From a bacterium (GTDB lineage Bacteria > SAR324 > NAC60-12), in contig CBDDTI010000721.1 in the NCBI GenBank assembly GCA_965233585.1, positions 1 through 17,205 of the forward strand: 17,205 bases of DNA, in the 5' to 3' direction. Below the pieces are notes generated by a model that saw only the letters and a list, made by a program, of their open reading frames with translations, had not been told where the DNA came from and made no database searches. Made by a program: the position numbers and the translations under genes. Shown here piece by piece: positions 1 through 10,095 of the stretch; position 1 is the first letter of the stretch, and each line of letters starts with the position of its first letter.

Positions 1-1956
1 GATTGGGGCAAGTAAAAATTCATTAGAGAAACCTCTGGGCCTTGAATGGTGTACTGAGGTTAAAACGCTAGGAATTCATTTTTCGTGTGATCAAGGTCAA
101 ATTATGAAACAAAATTTCAATGAACGATTAAGCGAGATTCAAAAAACGATTAATTTATGGAGTTTAAGAAGTTTGTCTTTGTTTGGTAAAGTGACCATTA
201 TAAAATCGTTCCTTATACCAAAGCTCTTATATGTTTCTACAATACTGGAAACTCCGCAAGAAATTACTAAACAGATGGAGAGGATGCTATATAAATTTTT
301 GTGGAAAGGTCCAGATAAAGTGACCAGACTCTCCGTTATTAACTCGTTGAAGAACGGTGGCCTGAATCTCACGGACCTTGAAACCCAAATTAAAGCGCTA
401 AGGCTCTCTTGGATTCCACGTGTTCTTGATGAGCGGGTAGGTCCATGGAAATCTTATTTTGAATTTCATTTGAAAAAGTATGGAGGATCTCTACTCTTAA
501 AATGTGATTATGATGTAAGGGATCTTAATTTACGCTTAAATGGTTTTTATCAACAGTTGCTTAGCTGGTGAGCAGACTTTAGAAATGCTTTTTCTGATAT
601 TAATTATTCCCAATATGTAATTTGGAATAATAAAGACATAAGAATTGATAACAAACCTATTTTCTATAAAAAGTATGCAGACTGTGGAATTGTTTATTTG
701 AACGATCTATTATTTAGTTTGGATAATATACGTTCTTTCGAATACTTAAAGGATACAGGGCTTGACTCTAATTTTTTGACATGGCCTGCCCTACGCTTGT
801 CTGTGCCTAAGGACAAGCTCTCTTCTTTCCCACAGGGGGAATTTGATCCTATGACTTTTAAATGTGAAAATACGGAATTCGACACGTATTCAGCTAAGTC
901 AAAACAGTTCTACTCTCTGCTGATTGTTAATAAAGCCAAATATCCGAATAGCTTCAAAACTCTATCGGCCGATTTAGAGTTTTCCAACCCGTTACAGGAA
1001 GTGTTCTCAATCCCATATAGCGTTGCAAGTGAGACTTATGTTTGGTCTTTTCAGTATAAATTATTAAATAACATCCTGTTTACCAACGCCAAATTATTCA
1101 GAATTGGCTTAATTGAGTCAGAGAAGTGTTCCTTTTGCACAATTTATAAGGAAGACTTATACCATCTCTTTTATGGCTGCTCCTATTCGCGCGCCTTTTG
1201 GAACAGATTCTGTAATTGGTGGACTAATCTCCGGGGTGAACATTTGAGCTTATCTTTAAAAGATGTCATGGTTGGCATTTTAAAAAGAAATGATCTACTA
1301 AATTATTTGATAATTCTTGGTAAACTATGTATATGGGAGTGTAGAAGAAACAAATCACTTCCAAAGTTGAATATATTTCTACAGAAAGTAGAGGCTAAGC
1401 AGGAGACTGAAAAAGTTATTGCCTCAAAAAACAAGAAACTTCAAGATTTTTGGAAAAGATGGGAACCATTATTATGATAAATACATATTTCCAGTTTTCA
1501 AAACCGTTGCAGTTTTTTCTGTGATATTGCGCGGAGAAAGTTTGTGGCTGGCTCATTCAATATCTGCATTACTTATTTCTGTTATTTAATTAGTTCCAGG
1601 TCTAAAACCTATTTGAAGTATCTGCATTGTGTCTGTGATGTGTTGTCTATCTCTTTAAATTTGAAACAGCTTTGCCTGGCACAACTGTTGCAAGTATTAT
1701 ATAGAATGTAGAGTAAGGTAATTAAAAAGAAATAAACTTTTGTAAGTAGTGTACGTATTATATAGTTTGTAAGATAAGGTAATTACAAGATAATATTGTA
1801 AGAAATGTAGGTGTTATATAGTCTGTACTAGTAAATAGGGATAGTATTGTAAGTAATGTAAGGTTTGTTAGTATCGTAATAATTGTTAGTGCTGTATGTA
1901 AAAAAATACTAACAATAATACTGAGTAATAAAAGAAAGTGAAAAAAAAAAAAAAAA
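1..1956 (+). mobile_element. 3' part of an L1/Tx1-clade LINE (ORF2 C-terminus, 3' UTR, poly(A) tail); continues beyond left edge
   Basis: Frame open from base 2 (IGASKNSLEKPLGLEW..VKTLGIHF). Contains LSLFGKVTIIKS, KFLWKG, GGLNL, IWNN and a C-terminal CCHC zinc knuckle (CSFC..EDLYHLFYGC), all typical of L1/Tx1 ORF2. GT-rich 3' UTR, AATAAA at 1927-1932, A16 at 1941-1956. Confidence 0.92.
2..1477 (+). pseudogene. L1/Tx1 ORF2 C-terminal half (RT thumb + zf-RVT), interrupted by one in-frame TGA at 569-571
   Basis: ORFs 104-571 and 698-1477 are in the same frame. The bridge reads LLSW*ADFRNAFSDINYSQYVIWNNKDIRIDNKPIFYKKYADCGIVYLNDLL with no other stop. Confidence 0.88.
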
Positions 1957-2009
1957 CTGTTTATGTGACGGCATTTAGTCCCACTCGAAATATACGGAAG
2001 GAGAAAAAC
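1957..2009 (-). CDS. Putative next exon (VFLLPYISSGTKCRHIN...), cut by the L1 poly(A) end
   Basis: Acceptor ttgcAG at 2010-2015 (minus strand), in phase with the previous exon. The frame runs directly into the T16 complement of the L1 tail. Confidence 0.35.
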
Positions 2010-2082
2010 CTGCAACATTGATATTGACTATCCACTTCACTATCTTCAATGTTATAATTTCGGAGTTTTAGAGCATATTTAC

Positions 2083-2247
2083 CTCAAAATCATATGGCTC
2101 AAGAGCAGCCATAACTTCCGAAGCCCTTTGGACAAAATCTCTCGGAATCACGTCACGAAAGTGCGGCCTAGCTGCTGAGTACTGTTTAAGTGGCAGCAAT
2201 GATGTAGAATTTTGGGCTTCTTTGGAGACAAATTTCATAAGGAAAAC
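2083..2247 (-). CDS. Putative internal exon of an unidentified minus-strand gene
   Basis: On the minus strand, ttgcAG| precedes a 165-nt open exon (VFLMKFVSKE...AALEPYDFE, 55 codons) followed by |GTAAAT. A 73-nt intron leads to a second acceptor. No family recognised. Confidence 0.4.
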
Positions 2248-2522
2248 CTGCAATTTAGAGGCTGAAACTTCAGTGACTGGCTAAACGTAGTGCATGCTTT
2301 TTATTAGCGTTGACAAAAAGGATGCGTTTTTTTGGATTAAGTGACCTTCTCCTTTAAGAAAAACCACAACGATTAAGTACTTCTGAAAGTAAATTCAACT
2401 TAACTCCTTTTAATAAATGATAAGTATCCGGAACAACATATTCTTGGATGATTTTTAAACTTTACTTTACATCCGCTAGAGAGATTATTACGATGAATCC
2501 CCAATGTAGGCCTTATACTAAA

Positions 2523-2653
2523 GGTAATCCCTCCTAGTTTTTGGCGTGTTATGGAGCGAGAAGAAGTCGAGGCTCATTACAATGCAAAAAAAGACCAGGG
2601 CCAACATCGGGCCATCGTTAGCCATTGGTCGATAAAAAGATTTATTATATGGC
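2523..2653. repeat. Degenerate copy of a common interspersed repeat (GAAGTCGAGG...GGCCAA...GATTTATTATATGGC type)
   Basis: Resembles, from memory only, an abundant anthozoan non-autonomous repeat. No termini are visible. Confidence 0.3.
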
Positions 2654-2657
2654 TTTT

Positions 2658-2830
2658 CAGGGACGGCGGAGAGAAATTTGAAGTGGGGGGGGGGCTAAAT
2701 AATAGTATCTTTAAGGTGGTGTTCACAGAATCTAGGGGGGTCTGTGGGTATGCTCCCCCCGAAAATTTTGAAATCTAGAGTCTCGGAAGTGCTATTTTCA
2801 GCATTCTCCATTAGAGATTTGGTCAAAAAA
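2658..2830 (+). mobile_element. Left end of a MITE-like non-autonomous DNA element (CAGGG... start, GGGGGGTC..GCTCCCCCGAAAATTTTGAAA motif)
   Basis: G-run/C-run hairpin motif typical of marine-invertebrate MITEs. The matching right end was not found. Confidence 0.3.
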
Positions 2831-3165
2831 TAAATCTGAATCAAGTGTAAAGTCACATGTATTTTCAATTGTCATATCCGATATTACCGAGGTTTTTTAA
2901 CTTGATAAAAGCTCGATGTGTGTAGCCTGCTGGGGAAATGTTAAAAATCAGTGGTGTAAAATTGCTTACATTAGGACGCAAAATTCTTAATGAAATATGA
3001 CAAATTTCAACATAAAACAATTTGCAAAAAGTGCCCCAAAGTTTCGAGAAACTGTGAAAGGCTAACGGAAAATAATTTATTTATTGCATATTTTTTTATT
3101 CTTTTGCTTTTATAAAATATTTCTCAAAATTAATTCGACAAATGAAGGGAAATTATGTTTATTAA

Positions 3166-3300
3166 GGACGTTCGCGCCCAAAACACAAAAGTTCCCACGT
3201 ACAGATTTTTTTAAAACTTTGACATCAGGTAGAAAATGATAAGATTAAATTAAAAACGTAAAAAAAATCAGGGGTCACCGAACTCGTTTTGAAGATAAGG
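3166..3300 (+). mobile_element. Left end of a Kolobok-like (TTAA-target) non-autonomous DNA transposon
   Basis: TTAA (3162-3165) followed by GGACGTTCGCGCCCA (3166-3180). A perfect inverted copy lies at 6955-6969, followed by TTAA. The right boundary of this segment is approximate. Confidence 0.7.
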
Positions 3301-3607
3301 CGTATCATAGACCATAGCATTTCTAGGATTTCCAGTCACTCGAGGCGATTCTGGCTGGATTCATTACTATCGGCATACATTTAAGTTGAAGAATCATACC
3401 TAAGTTATGTGTGTTTAACGCAGCATATATAGGCCTATTTGATAGATCTTTGCTACCTATGTCACTAATTCAGGTAGCACTAGCCTTAAAACAGGCAACT
3501 TCTAAGTCGCGCACACCTATATCCATGTACCAATTCGACCCTATTTGAATACATACATACATACTTATTATTTTGCTGATGCAGTTCCAGGCTTCAGATG
3601 GTACTCA

Positions 3608-3676
3608 TCGCTTGATTTGCTACAGCTCTGTTTCGTATGGTTGAGAGCGACCACACTCATCAGGCAAAAATAGCGA
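3608..3676 (-). ncRNA. Type I hammerhead ribozyme, inverted copy
   Basis: Exact reverse complement of 5742-5810. Confidence 0.88.
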
Positions 3677-3768
3677 ATGACCGTTAACTGACAATGCTGG
3701 CGATATAATAAAAATACAAATGTATGCGCGTGCGGGTAAATAGCGCGCGCCGTTTCGTTACACGCACG

Positions 3769-4287
3769 TTATGTTATTCGGAAGAACTTGAGTGTAAACC
3801 TATTTCTATGGCGACATGAACTTGCTAACTCATTTCTCTTGTTAAGGCTGCTTAGATCTTTCCTAAAAATGATGTAATGCTTTTCTTGAAGGCACAGATT
3901 GCACTTCTTGTTCTCATTCTTATATGGTTTGCACGTTCTTAGGATTCTCCACTTAACGTGAAACGACTCCTTTCGGTCTTTGAGGTTCCAGATGTGCTTC
4001 GATAGCTCGGTCTCATTTCTTTTGTTGGGATGCCGGAAAGATGTTTGATGGTTTCTATACCGTTCTTTGAAATTCGAAGCAAGTCCGACATAGTTTTCCG
4101 CTGTCGTTTCTGTGTCAACTGTCGCTTGATAAACCACGTTTTCTTGCATACAGCTTCCTTGTAGTGGGCATTGTGGCTTATTTCTGCAGTTACACGTGCG
4201 TGGTTGTTGCGAGAGTGCAGCCGTAGCGCTATCCTGGGCAAGCATGATCTTATTATGCGATGAAATGACGGCTTTCATGTTTGGCAT
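3769..4287 (-). CDS. Inverted duplicate of the GIY-YIG endonuclease coding region (172 aa, identical to 5131-5649)
   Basis: The translation is identical to the C-terminal 172 aa of ORF 4312-5649. The overlapping alternative-frame ORFs are also identical. Expression is unknown. Confidence 0.6.
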   Translation of the reverse strand: MPNMKAVISSHNKIMLAQDSATAALSQQPRTCNCRNKPQCPLQGSCMQENVVYQATVDTETTAENYVGLASNFKERYRNHQTSFRHPNKRNETELSKHIWNLKDRKESFHVKWRILRTCKPYKNENKKCNLCLQEKHYIIFRKDLSSLNKRNELASSCRHRNRFTLKFFRIT

Positions 4288-4311
4288 GCACGAATAGCTG
4301 AGTTTAAGGGT

Positions 4312-5649
4312 ATGCCTGTTGAAATGAAGGCATTGGACTATGCATCAAAATTCACAAAGATCACCCAGCAAGACCGGCATATTATTATCCACTCGAAAAG
4401 ATCACTCCTCTACCACCAAAATTCACCATGGACCAAAAAGAACTCTGACAGCACCTTTGACGTAACAATGGGTTCATATGACGGAGCTGAAACCTGTGAG
4501 CTAATAGGAGTGTATATGCTGTCCCTCATTGCGCCCAAATTCAAAGATGAAGTGGGACTCTATCGCGACGACGGGATCGCAGTATGTAAGGCCACGCCAA
4601 GAGAGATCGAAAAAACAAAGCAAGAAGTCAGCAATGTTTTTAAATCCAATGGTCTAAAAATAACAATCGAAGCGAACAAAAAGATAGTCAACTTCCTTGA
4701 TGTTACCTTCAACCTTTCAAGTGGAAGTCACAAGCCCTACATGAAGCCAAACAACAAATTATTGTATGTCCACCGGCTGAGTAACCATCTCCCGGCATTG
4801 CTGAAAAACATCCCGCTAAACATTAATAAACGGCTAACGAACATTTCGTCTTCTGAACAAGTCTTTAACGAAGCTAGCGCCCCATACCAACAAGCGCTTG
4901 AAGAAAGTGGCTACGACTACAAACTTAAATTCGATCCACAAGCAAAGCGGGCAACGAGAAAGAGCAAAGCCAGGAAAAGAAAGATCACCTGGTACAACCC
5001 TCCATGGGACAACAATGTCAAGACCAACCTGGGAAGGAAATTTCTGCTCATCGTAGATAAATGCTTCCCAAAGAACCACCCATTAAACAAGATCTTCAAC
5101 AGGCATACCCTTAAACTCAGCTATTCGTGCATGCCAAACATGAAAGCCGTCATTTCATCGCATAATAAGATCATGCTTGCCCAGGATAGCGCTACGGCTG
5201 CACTCTCGCAACAACCACGCACGTGTAACTGCAGAAATAAGCCACAATGCCCACTACAAGGAAGCTGTATGCAAGAAAACGTGGTTTATCAAGCGACAGT
5301 TGACACAGAAACGACAGCGGAAAACTATGTCGGACTTGCTTCGAATTTCAAAGAACGGTATAGAAACCATCAAACATCTTTCCGGCATCCCAACAAAAGA
5401 AATGAGACCGAGCTATCGAAGCACATCTGGAACCTCAAAGACCGAAAGGAGTCGTTTCACGTTAAGTGGAGAATCCTAAGAACGTGCAAACCATATAAGA
5501 ATGAGAACAAGAAGTGCAATCTGTGCCTTCAAGAAAAGCATTACATCATTTTTAGGAAAGATCTAAGCAGCCTTAACAAGAGAAATGAGTTAGCAAGTTC
5601 ATGTCGCCATAGAAATAGGTTTACACTCAAGTTCTTCCGAATAACATAA
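4312..5649 (+). CDS. Penelope-like RT (N-terminally truncated) + GIY-YIG endonuclease ORF, 445 aa
   Basis: Uninterrupted ORF. It begins just after where RT motif A is expected. ATG 4312 lies inside the inverted arm, and forward element sequence starts at about 4324. Confidence 0.85.
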   Translation: MPVEMKALDYASKFTKITQQDRHIIIHSKRSLLYHQNSPWTKKNSDSTFDVTMGSYDGAETCELIGVYMLSLIAPKFKDEVGLYRDDGIAVCKATPREIEKTKQEVSNVFKSNGLKITIEANKKIVNFLDVTFNLSSGSHKPYMKPNNKLLYVHRLSNHLPALLKNIPLNINKRLTNISSSEQVFNEASAPYQQALEESGYDYKLKFDPQAKRATRKSKARKRKITWYNPPWDNNVKTNLGRKFLLIVDKCFPKNHPLNKIFNRHTLKLSYSCMPNMKAVISSHNKIMLAQDSATAALSQQPRTCNCRNKPQCPLQGSCMQENVVYQATVDTETTAENYVGLASNFKERYRNHQTSFRHPNKRNETELSKHIWNLKDRKESFHVKWRILRTCKPYKNENKKCNLCLQEKHYIIFRKDLSSLNKRNELASSCRHRNRFTLKFFRIT

Positions 5650-5741
5650 CGTGCGTGTAACGAAACGGCGCGCGCTATTTACCCGCACGCGCATACATTT
5701 GTATTTTTATTATATCGCCAGCATTGTCAGTTAACGGTCAT

Positions 5742-5810
5742 TCGCTATTTTTGCCTGATGAGTGTGGTCGCTCTCAACCATACGAAACAGAGCTGTAGCA
5801 AATCAAGCGA
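5742..5810 (+). ncRNA. Type I hammerhead ribozyme in the Penelope pLTR
   Basis: Stem I TTTGC/GCAAA; core CTGATGA (5755-5761); stem II GTGTGGT/ACCATAC; GAAA (5784-5787); short stem III ACAG/CTGT; GUA cleavage triplet with the cut after 5797; distal TCGCT/AGCGA extension. Confidence 0.9.
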
Positions 5811-5915
5811 TGAGTACCATCTGAAGCCTGGAACTGCATCAGCAAAATAATATTTATCGCTCCTGTTAAGTTGAGCGCTCTCGAAAAATTGTTCTACTTA
5901 AGTATCCAGAATTAG

Positions 5916-6698
5916 ATACATACTTACATACTTTATTTATTTATCCACGGTAAAATCGATCTTCAGTTAAAAAAAGAAAATTAATTAAAACACACTGTTT
6001 TACAAGATTGCCGTGTGGGAGCCCGACTGACTATTGCTATAAAATTTGTCAAGTTCCCTTTTAAAATACCTAAGAGAGTCTGATTTTCTTAAGTGTACAG
6101 GAAGCCTATTCCATAATAGCGCCCCGCTGTAGCCCAAGGCACGCTTGCAATAGTTCGCGCGTGGCTTGGGCAGGTTTAGCTTAATCTCAGAATCTCTTAA
6201 GTTGTACTTTGTACTACGGATGCTAAATAAATCCTGCAGATACGCTGGGGAAAGCCCTTTAATTATTTTAAACATTAAGGTCGCCTTAAGCTTTGTCCTT
6301 TGTGTGGAGAGATTGTCCCAGTTGAGCCTATTTAGGAGGGTACTGGCACTAGTGTCGTAACTCGACCTGGTAATGACCCTGGCAGCCCTATTTTGGAGTT
6401 TCTTCAATTTGTCGCTCAAAGTAACGCTAAGTTCATTCCAAACAGGGCTGCAATAGTCAAAATGGGGCAAAATCAACGCATGGTAGATTTGAAGAGCAGT
6501 ACTTTCGGAGATGAATGGTCTTATGCGCTTAAGGGGCACCTATGGCTGAAGATATCATCTTACTAATTTCTTCTATTTGTTTTGCCCATGAAAGGTATTC
6601 GTCAATAAGCAGGCCCAGCGATTTAGCTTCTTTGACTTTTTTGATCGATTTCTCATCGATCTCAATATCGATCTGATTATTCGATAGAGTATGTATCT
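5916..6698 (-). mobile_element. 5'-truncated L2/Crack-type LINE 3' fragment; the rest of its (GTAT)n tail lies at 3549-3565
   Basis: Reads KSLGLLIDEYLSW..ISSAIGA / LKRIRPF..PHFDYCSPVW..LQNRAAR..YNLR..YSGALLWNRLP. There is a +1 frameshift in the G4 run at 6533-6536 and a stop at 6000-6002. The short 3' UTR ends TTTACCGTGGATAAATAAATAAA, then (GTAT)n. Confidence 0.88.
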
Positions 6699-6714
6699 GA
6701 AAAATAATTAAAAC

Positions 6715-7736
<1,022 letters not shown>

Positions 7737-7739
7737 TAA

Positions 7740-8192
7740 GGTAATTCCCCAGTATTGCATTGTGCATCCCTACTGCGCATAATTTTACGCGCGATTAGCG
7801 CGCGCGCATTATAAAATGGCGGCTTTTTCTTTAGAGCTGGACCTCGCCAAAGAGGTAAATCGTCATTTTCTCGAAAATGACTACGGTGACCTATCATTTT
7901 TTTTCTGTTGTTTTGAATTGAGTAGTAAGTTTCCCTGTGTAAAATAAATATGGGCCAATTCTCAGTGTTGAGCAAAAGACAATCGCCAGAAACGTGAATT
8001 TAGTAAGCAATCGTGACTATAATCATGGTGCTATTATAAGGACTTATATGGAATAAACAAGGTGCTGTTGCTCCTAAACGAACATTGGGACCCCTCATTT
8101 TTATTTCCAAATTTAAGTTCTTATAATATAAACAATCAATTGGCAAAGTTTGAGAAAAATCTCAGTGTAGGTTCTTTTTCAGTTGAATGATC
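7740..8192 (+). mobile_element. Kolobok-like non-autonomous element, tandem unit 1
   Basis: Starts GGTAATTCCCCAG after (T)TAA and ends GAATGATC followed by TTAA (8193-8196). Highly similar to unit 2. Confidence 0.75.
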
Positions 8193-8196
8193 TTAA

Positions 8197-8613
8197 GGTT
8201 CCCCAGTATTGCATTGCACATCCCTACTGCGCATAACTTTACGCGTGATTAGCACGCGCGCATAGAAAATGGCGACTTTTTTCTCGAAAACGACTACGGT
8301 GACCTATCATTTTTTTCTGTTGTTTTGAATTGAGTAGTAAATTCCTCTATGTAAAATAAATATGGGCCAATTCTCAGGGTTGAGCAAAAAAAAAATCGTC
8401 GGAAAGGTGAATTTAGCAAGCAATTTGACTATAATCACGGTGCTATTATAGGGATTTATTTGGAATAAACAAGGTGCTGTTGCTCCTAAACGAGCGTGGG
8501 GACCCCTCATTTTTATTTCCAAATTTAAGTTCCTATAATACAAACAATCAATTGGCAAAGTTTGAGAAAAATCTCAGGGCAGGTTTTACATGTTTTACTT
8601 CAGTGGAATGACC
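8197..8613 (+). mobile_element. Kolobok-like non-autonomous element, tandem unit 2
   Basis: TTAA on both sides (8193-8196, 8614-8617). The end CAGTGGAATGACC is an imperfect inverse of the unit-1 start. Differs from unit 1 by substitutions and indels, including an internal deletion. Confidence 0.75.
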
Positions 8614-9304
8614 TTAACTTCTTAATCCAAAAATATTTTCTCGATACACGCTCTAGACAATCATTTTTCCTACTAATCAATCAATAGCCGCATCTGAAAA
8701 CGCACGAACCAATGAAATTTCGCGTTTTAAAGGTCAAATCAAAGTTCAAATTTGTAGAAATCGCCAGCGAGCAAGCGAGCGCTGTGTAAATGAAGGCGAT
8801 ATAAGCTTTGAATCCTTCTAAATCTTTGGGAGAAATGCCTAAAGTTCGGTGAAAGCAGAAGAAATATTCAAAAGATTTACGATTCTGTTAGGAAAGAACT
8901 TCAAGATGAATGTCACTGTGCTTGATCGCTCTTGAAAGTGACGTGAACTTGCCCGATTTGGCGGTCCGAGAAGATGGTTGAGAATTAAGTTGAATCGCTC
9001 ATCGTGCCTTGTGAAGTTTTGCTGGTTTGGAATCATAGCACACGCGGGCATGATGGGGTTTACTGCAGCAAAGTCGGAGGGCATTAAACCCATCATTCTG
9101 GTGAGCTGTCTGGTGCATTCCTCTAAGTTTTAATGATCATTTTTGGAACATTTGACAGCCAAAACATGGCAACCGATCGGCCGTGTAAAATTTGATTTGA
9201 AGCTTTCGCAGTCTGTACCATATAGTTCGCGTTTAATTTTATTGTACAAGTTTTTGAAAAACAGAATGTGATTTTGAGAATTTTATTGTAGTAAATAAAT
9301 GCAA

Positions 9305-9662
9305 AAATTACCTTGCGTATTTTGTTACATATTTTGTTGTCTTCGCTTGAGCTCCCTCGACGAGGTCGTCTAGCTCACTGCAGCTTACTGACATCGAGAC
9401 ATGCAAAGCGCTGTTGTTCTTCTTTTTTTTGCTTTCTTTCCTCAGGCTCAGAGGGGAAAAGATGGTCAATTTGGAAAAGTTTTCTTCATTTGAATTCCCT
9501 AAAATTAGAACTTGAGAGTTAGACAAACGGCTTTGAAGTGGTTTCAAATTGTACCGTGGAAACACCGAAAGCGTGACGTCACAACCGTGTCTGCATACTC
9601 TCATCTAAAGACGCCTCTCGGCCAATCAGAGCGTGCGTACTATCTTAGTTATTTTATAAATA
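9305..9662 (-). mobile_element. Crypton-like (tyrosine recombinase transposon) 5' remnant
   Basis: The minus-strand peptide ELDDLVEGAQAKTTKYVTKYA resembles the N-terminus of Crypton YR proteins, recognised from memory. It is followed by an AAG|GTAATT donor. The terminus TTTATAAAATAACTAAGATAGTACGC..CTCTGATTGG carries a CCAAT box. Confidence 0.5.
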
Positions 9663-9997
9663 CTGAATAATCTTCGAGAATTTTCCATTGAGATTACTAT
9701 TATAACTACGTACGCTACGATCTTAGCTGCATGAAGAGATGGAGCTTTGTTGCCAGTAATATTGTTCATGTTATTTACAGTGTCAAAGAATCACTTCTGA
9801 AATAGAATTTACAAAACAAGTAACTCTCGTTAAATTGCCCAAGACCTGTCCAGAAGCAAGCGCGCTCTAACTAGGGAAGAAGATAGGCAGCTTCGGGGGC
9901 TTGGTACTCTTCATCTGCACTCTCTTAAACAGGGCAGAGTGTCCGTTATCGTTATTTATTTTTTTTTCTGACAGACATTGCTGGTCAGATAGAAATT

Positions 9998-10095
9998 CGG
10001 TCAGTGTAAAATGAAGACTGCGAACTCGGAAGACCGCAGGCTACGGACCGGGGCTGATGAAGAACGAGGGTGAAACGATGCAGACTGCAGACTAC
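9998..10095 (+). repeat. Truncated MITE-like repeat (CGGTCAGTGTAAAA start, GCAGACT subrepeats)
   Basis: Decayed GCAGACT/GAAGACT subrepeats. Only one end is visible. Confidence 0.35.

Larger units (their letters stand above)
3566..4323 (-). repeat. Left arm of a 758-bp inverted repeat (partner 5095-5852; spacer 771 bp)
   Basis: Paired positions sum to 9418. The non-coding 200 bp checked base by base is identical, and the coding part gives identical translations in two frames. Confidence 0.95.
3566..5915 (+). mobile_element. 5'-truncated Penelope-like retroelement (Naiad-type) with inverted 5' pseudo-LTR
   Basis: RT motifs FDVTMGSYDGAETCELIG, LYRDDG and NFLDVTF; Cys linker CNC..CPLQGSC; GIY-YIG (VVYQA..NYVG..FKERYRNH); terminal CNLC and CRH. 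3566-4323 is the reverse complement of 5095-5852. Flanked by ATACATACT(T) direct repeats. Confidence 0.93.

Noticed and set aside
569..571. TGA as selenocysteine or programmed readthrough in L1 ORF2
   Set aside because: The context fits a Trp codon mutated from TGG to TGA, and no SECIS was recognised.
3939..5479. 100-aa duplicated ORF MPRIALRL... and antisense ORFs within the Penelope element
   Set aside because: These are shadow frames of the RT/GIY-YIG ORF, duplicated only because the DNA is duplicated.
5809..5842. SECIS element in the Penelope 3' region (ATGA...AA...)
   Set aside because: The 3' GA of the kink-turn quartet is missing, the stem is too short, and the ORF has no in-frame TGA.
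5914..6698. 11-bp inverted repeat AGATACATACT/AGTATGTATCT bounding the L2 fragment, read as TIRs
   Set aside because: One copy is tail microsatellite/TSD and the other reads as L2 coding sequence (IHTL). It is low complexity and likely coincidental.
10050..10085. Hammerhead-like CTGATGA...GAAA
   Set aside because: The intervening AGAACGAGGGT cannot form stem II, and there is no stem III/NUH or stem I pairing.
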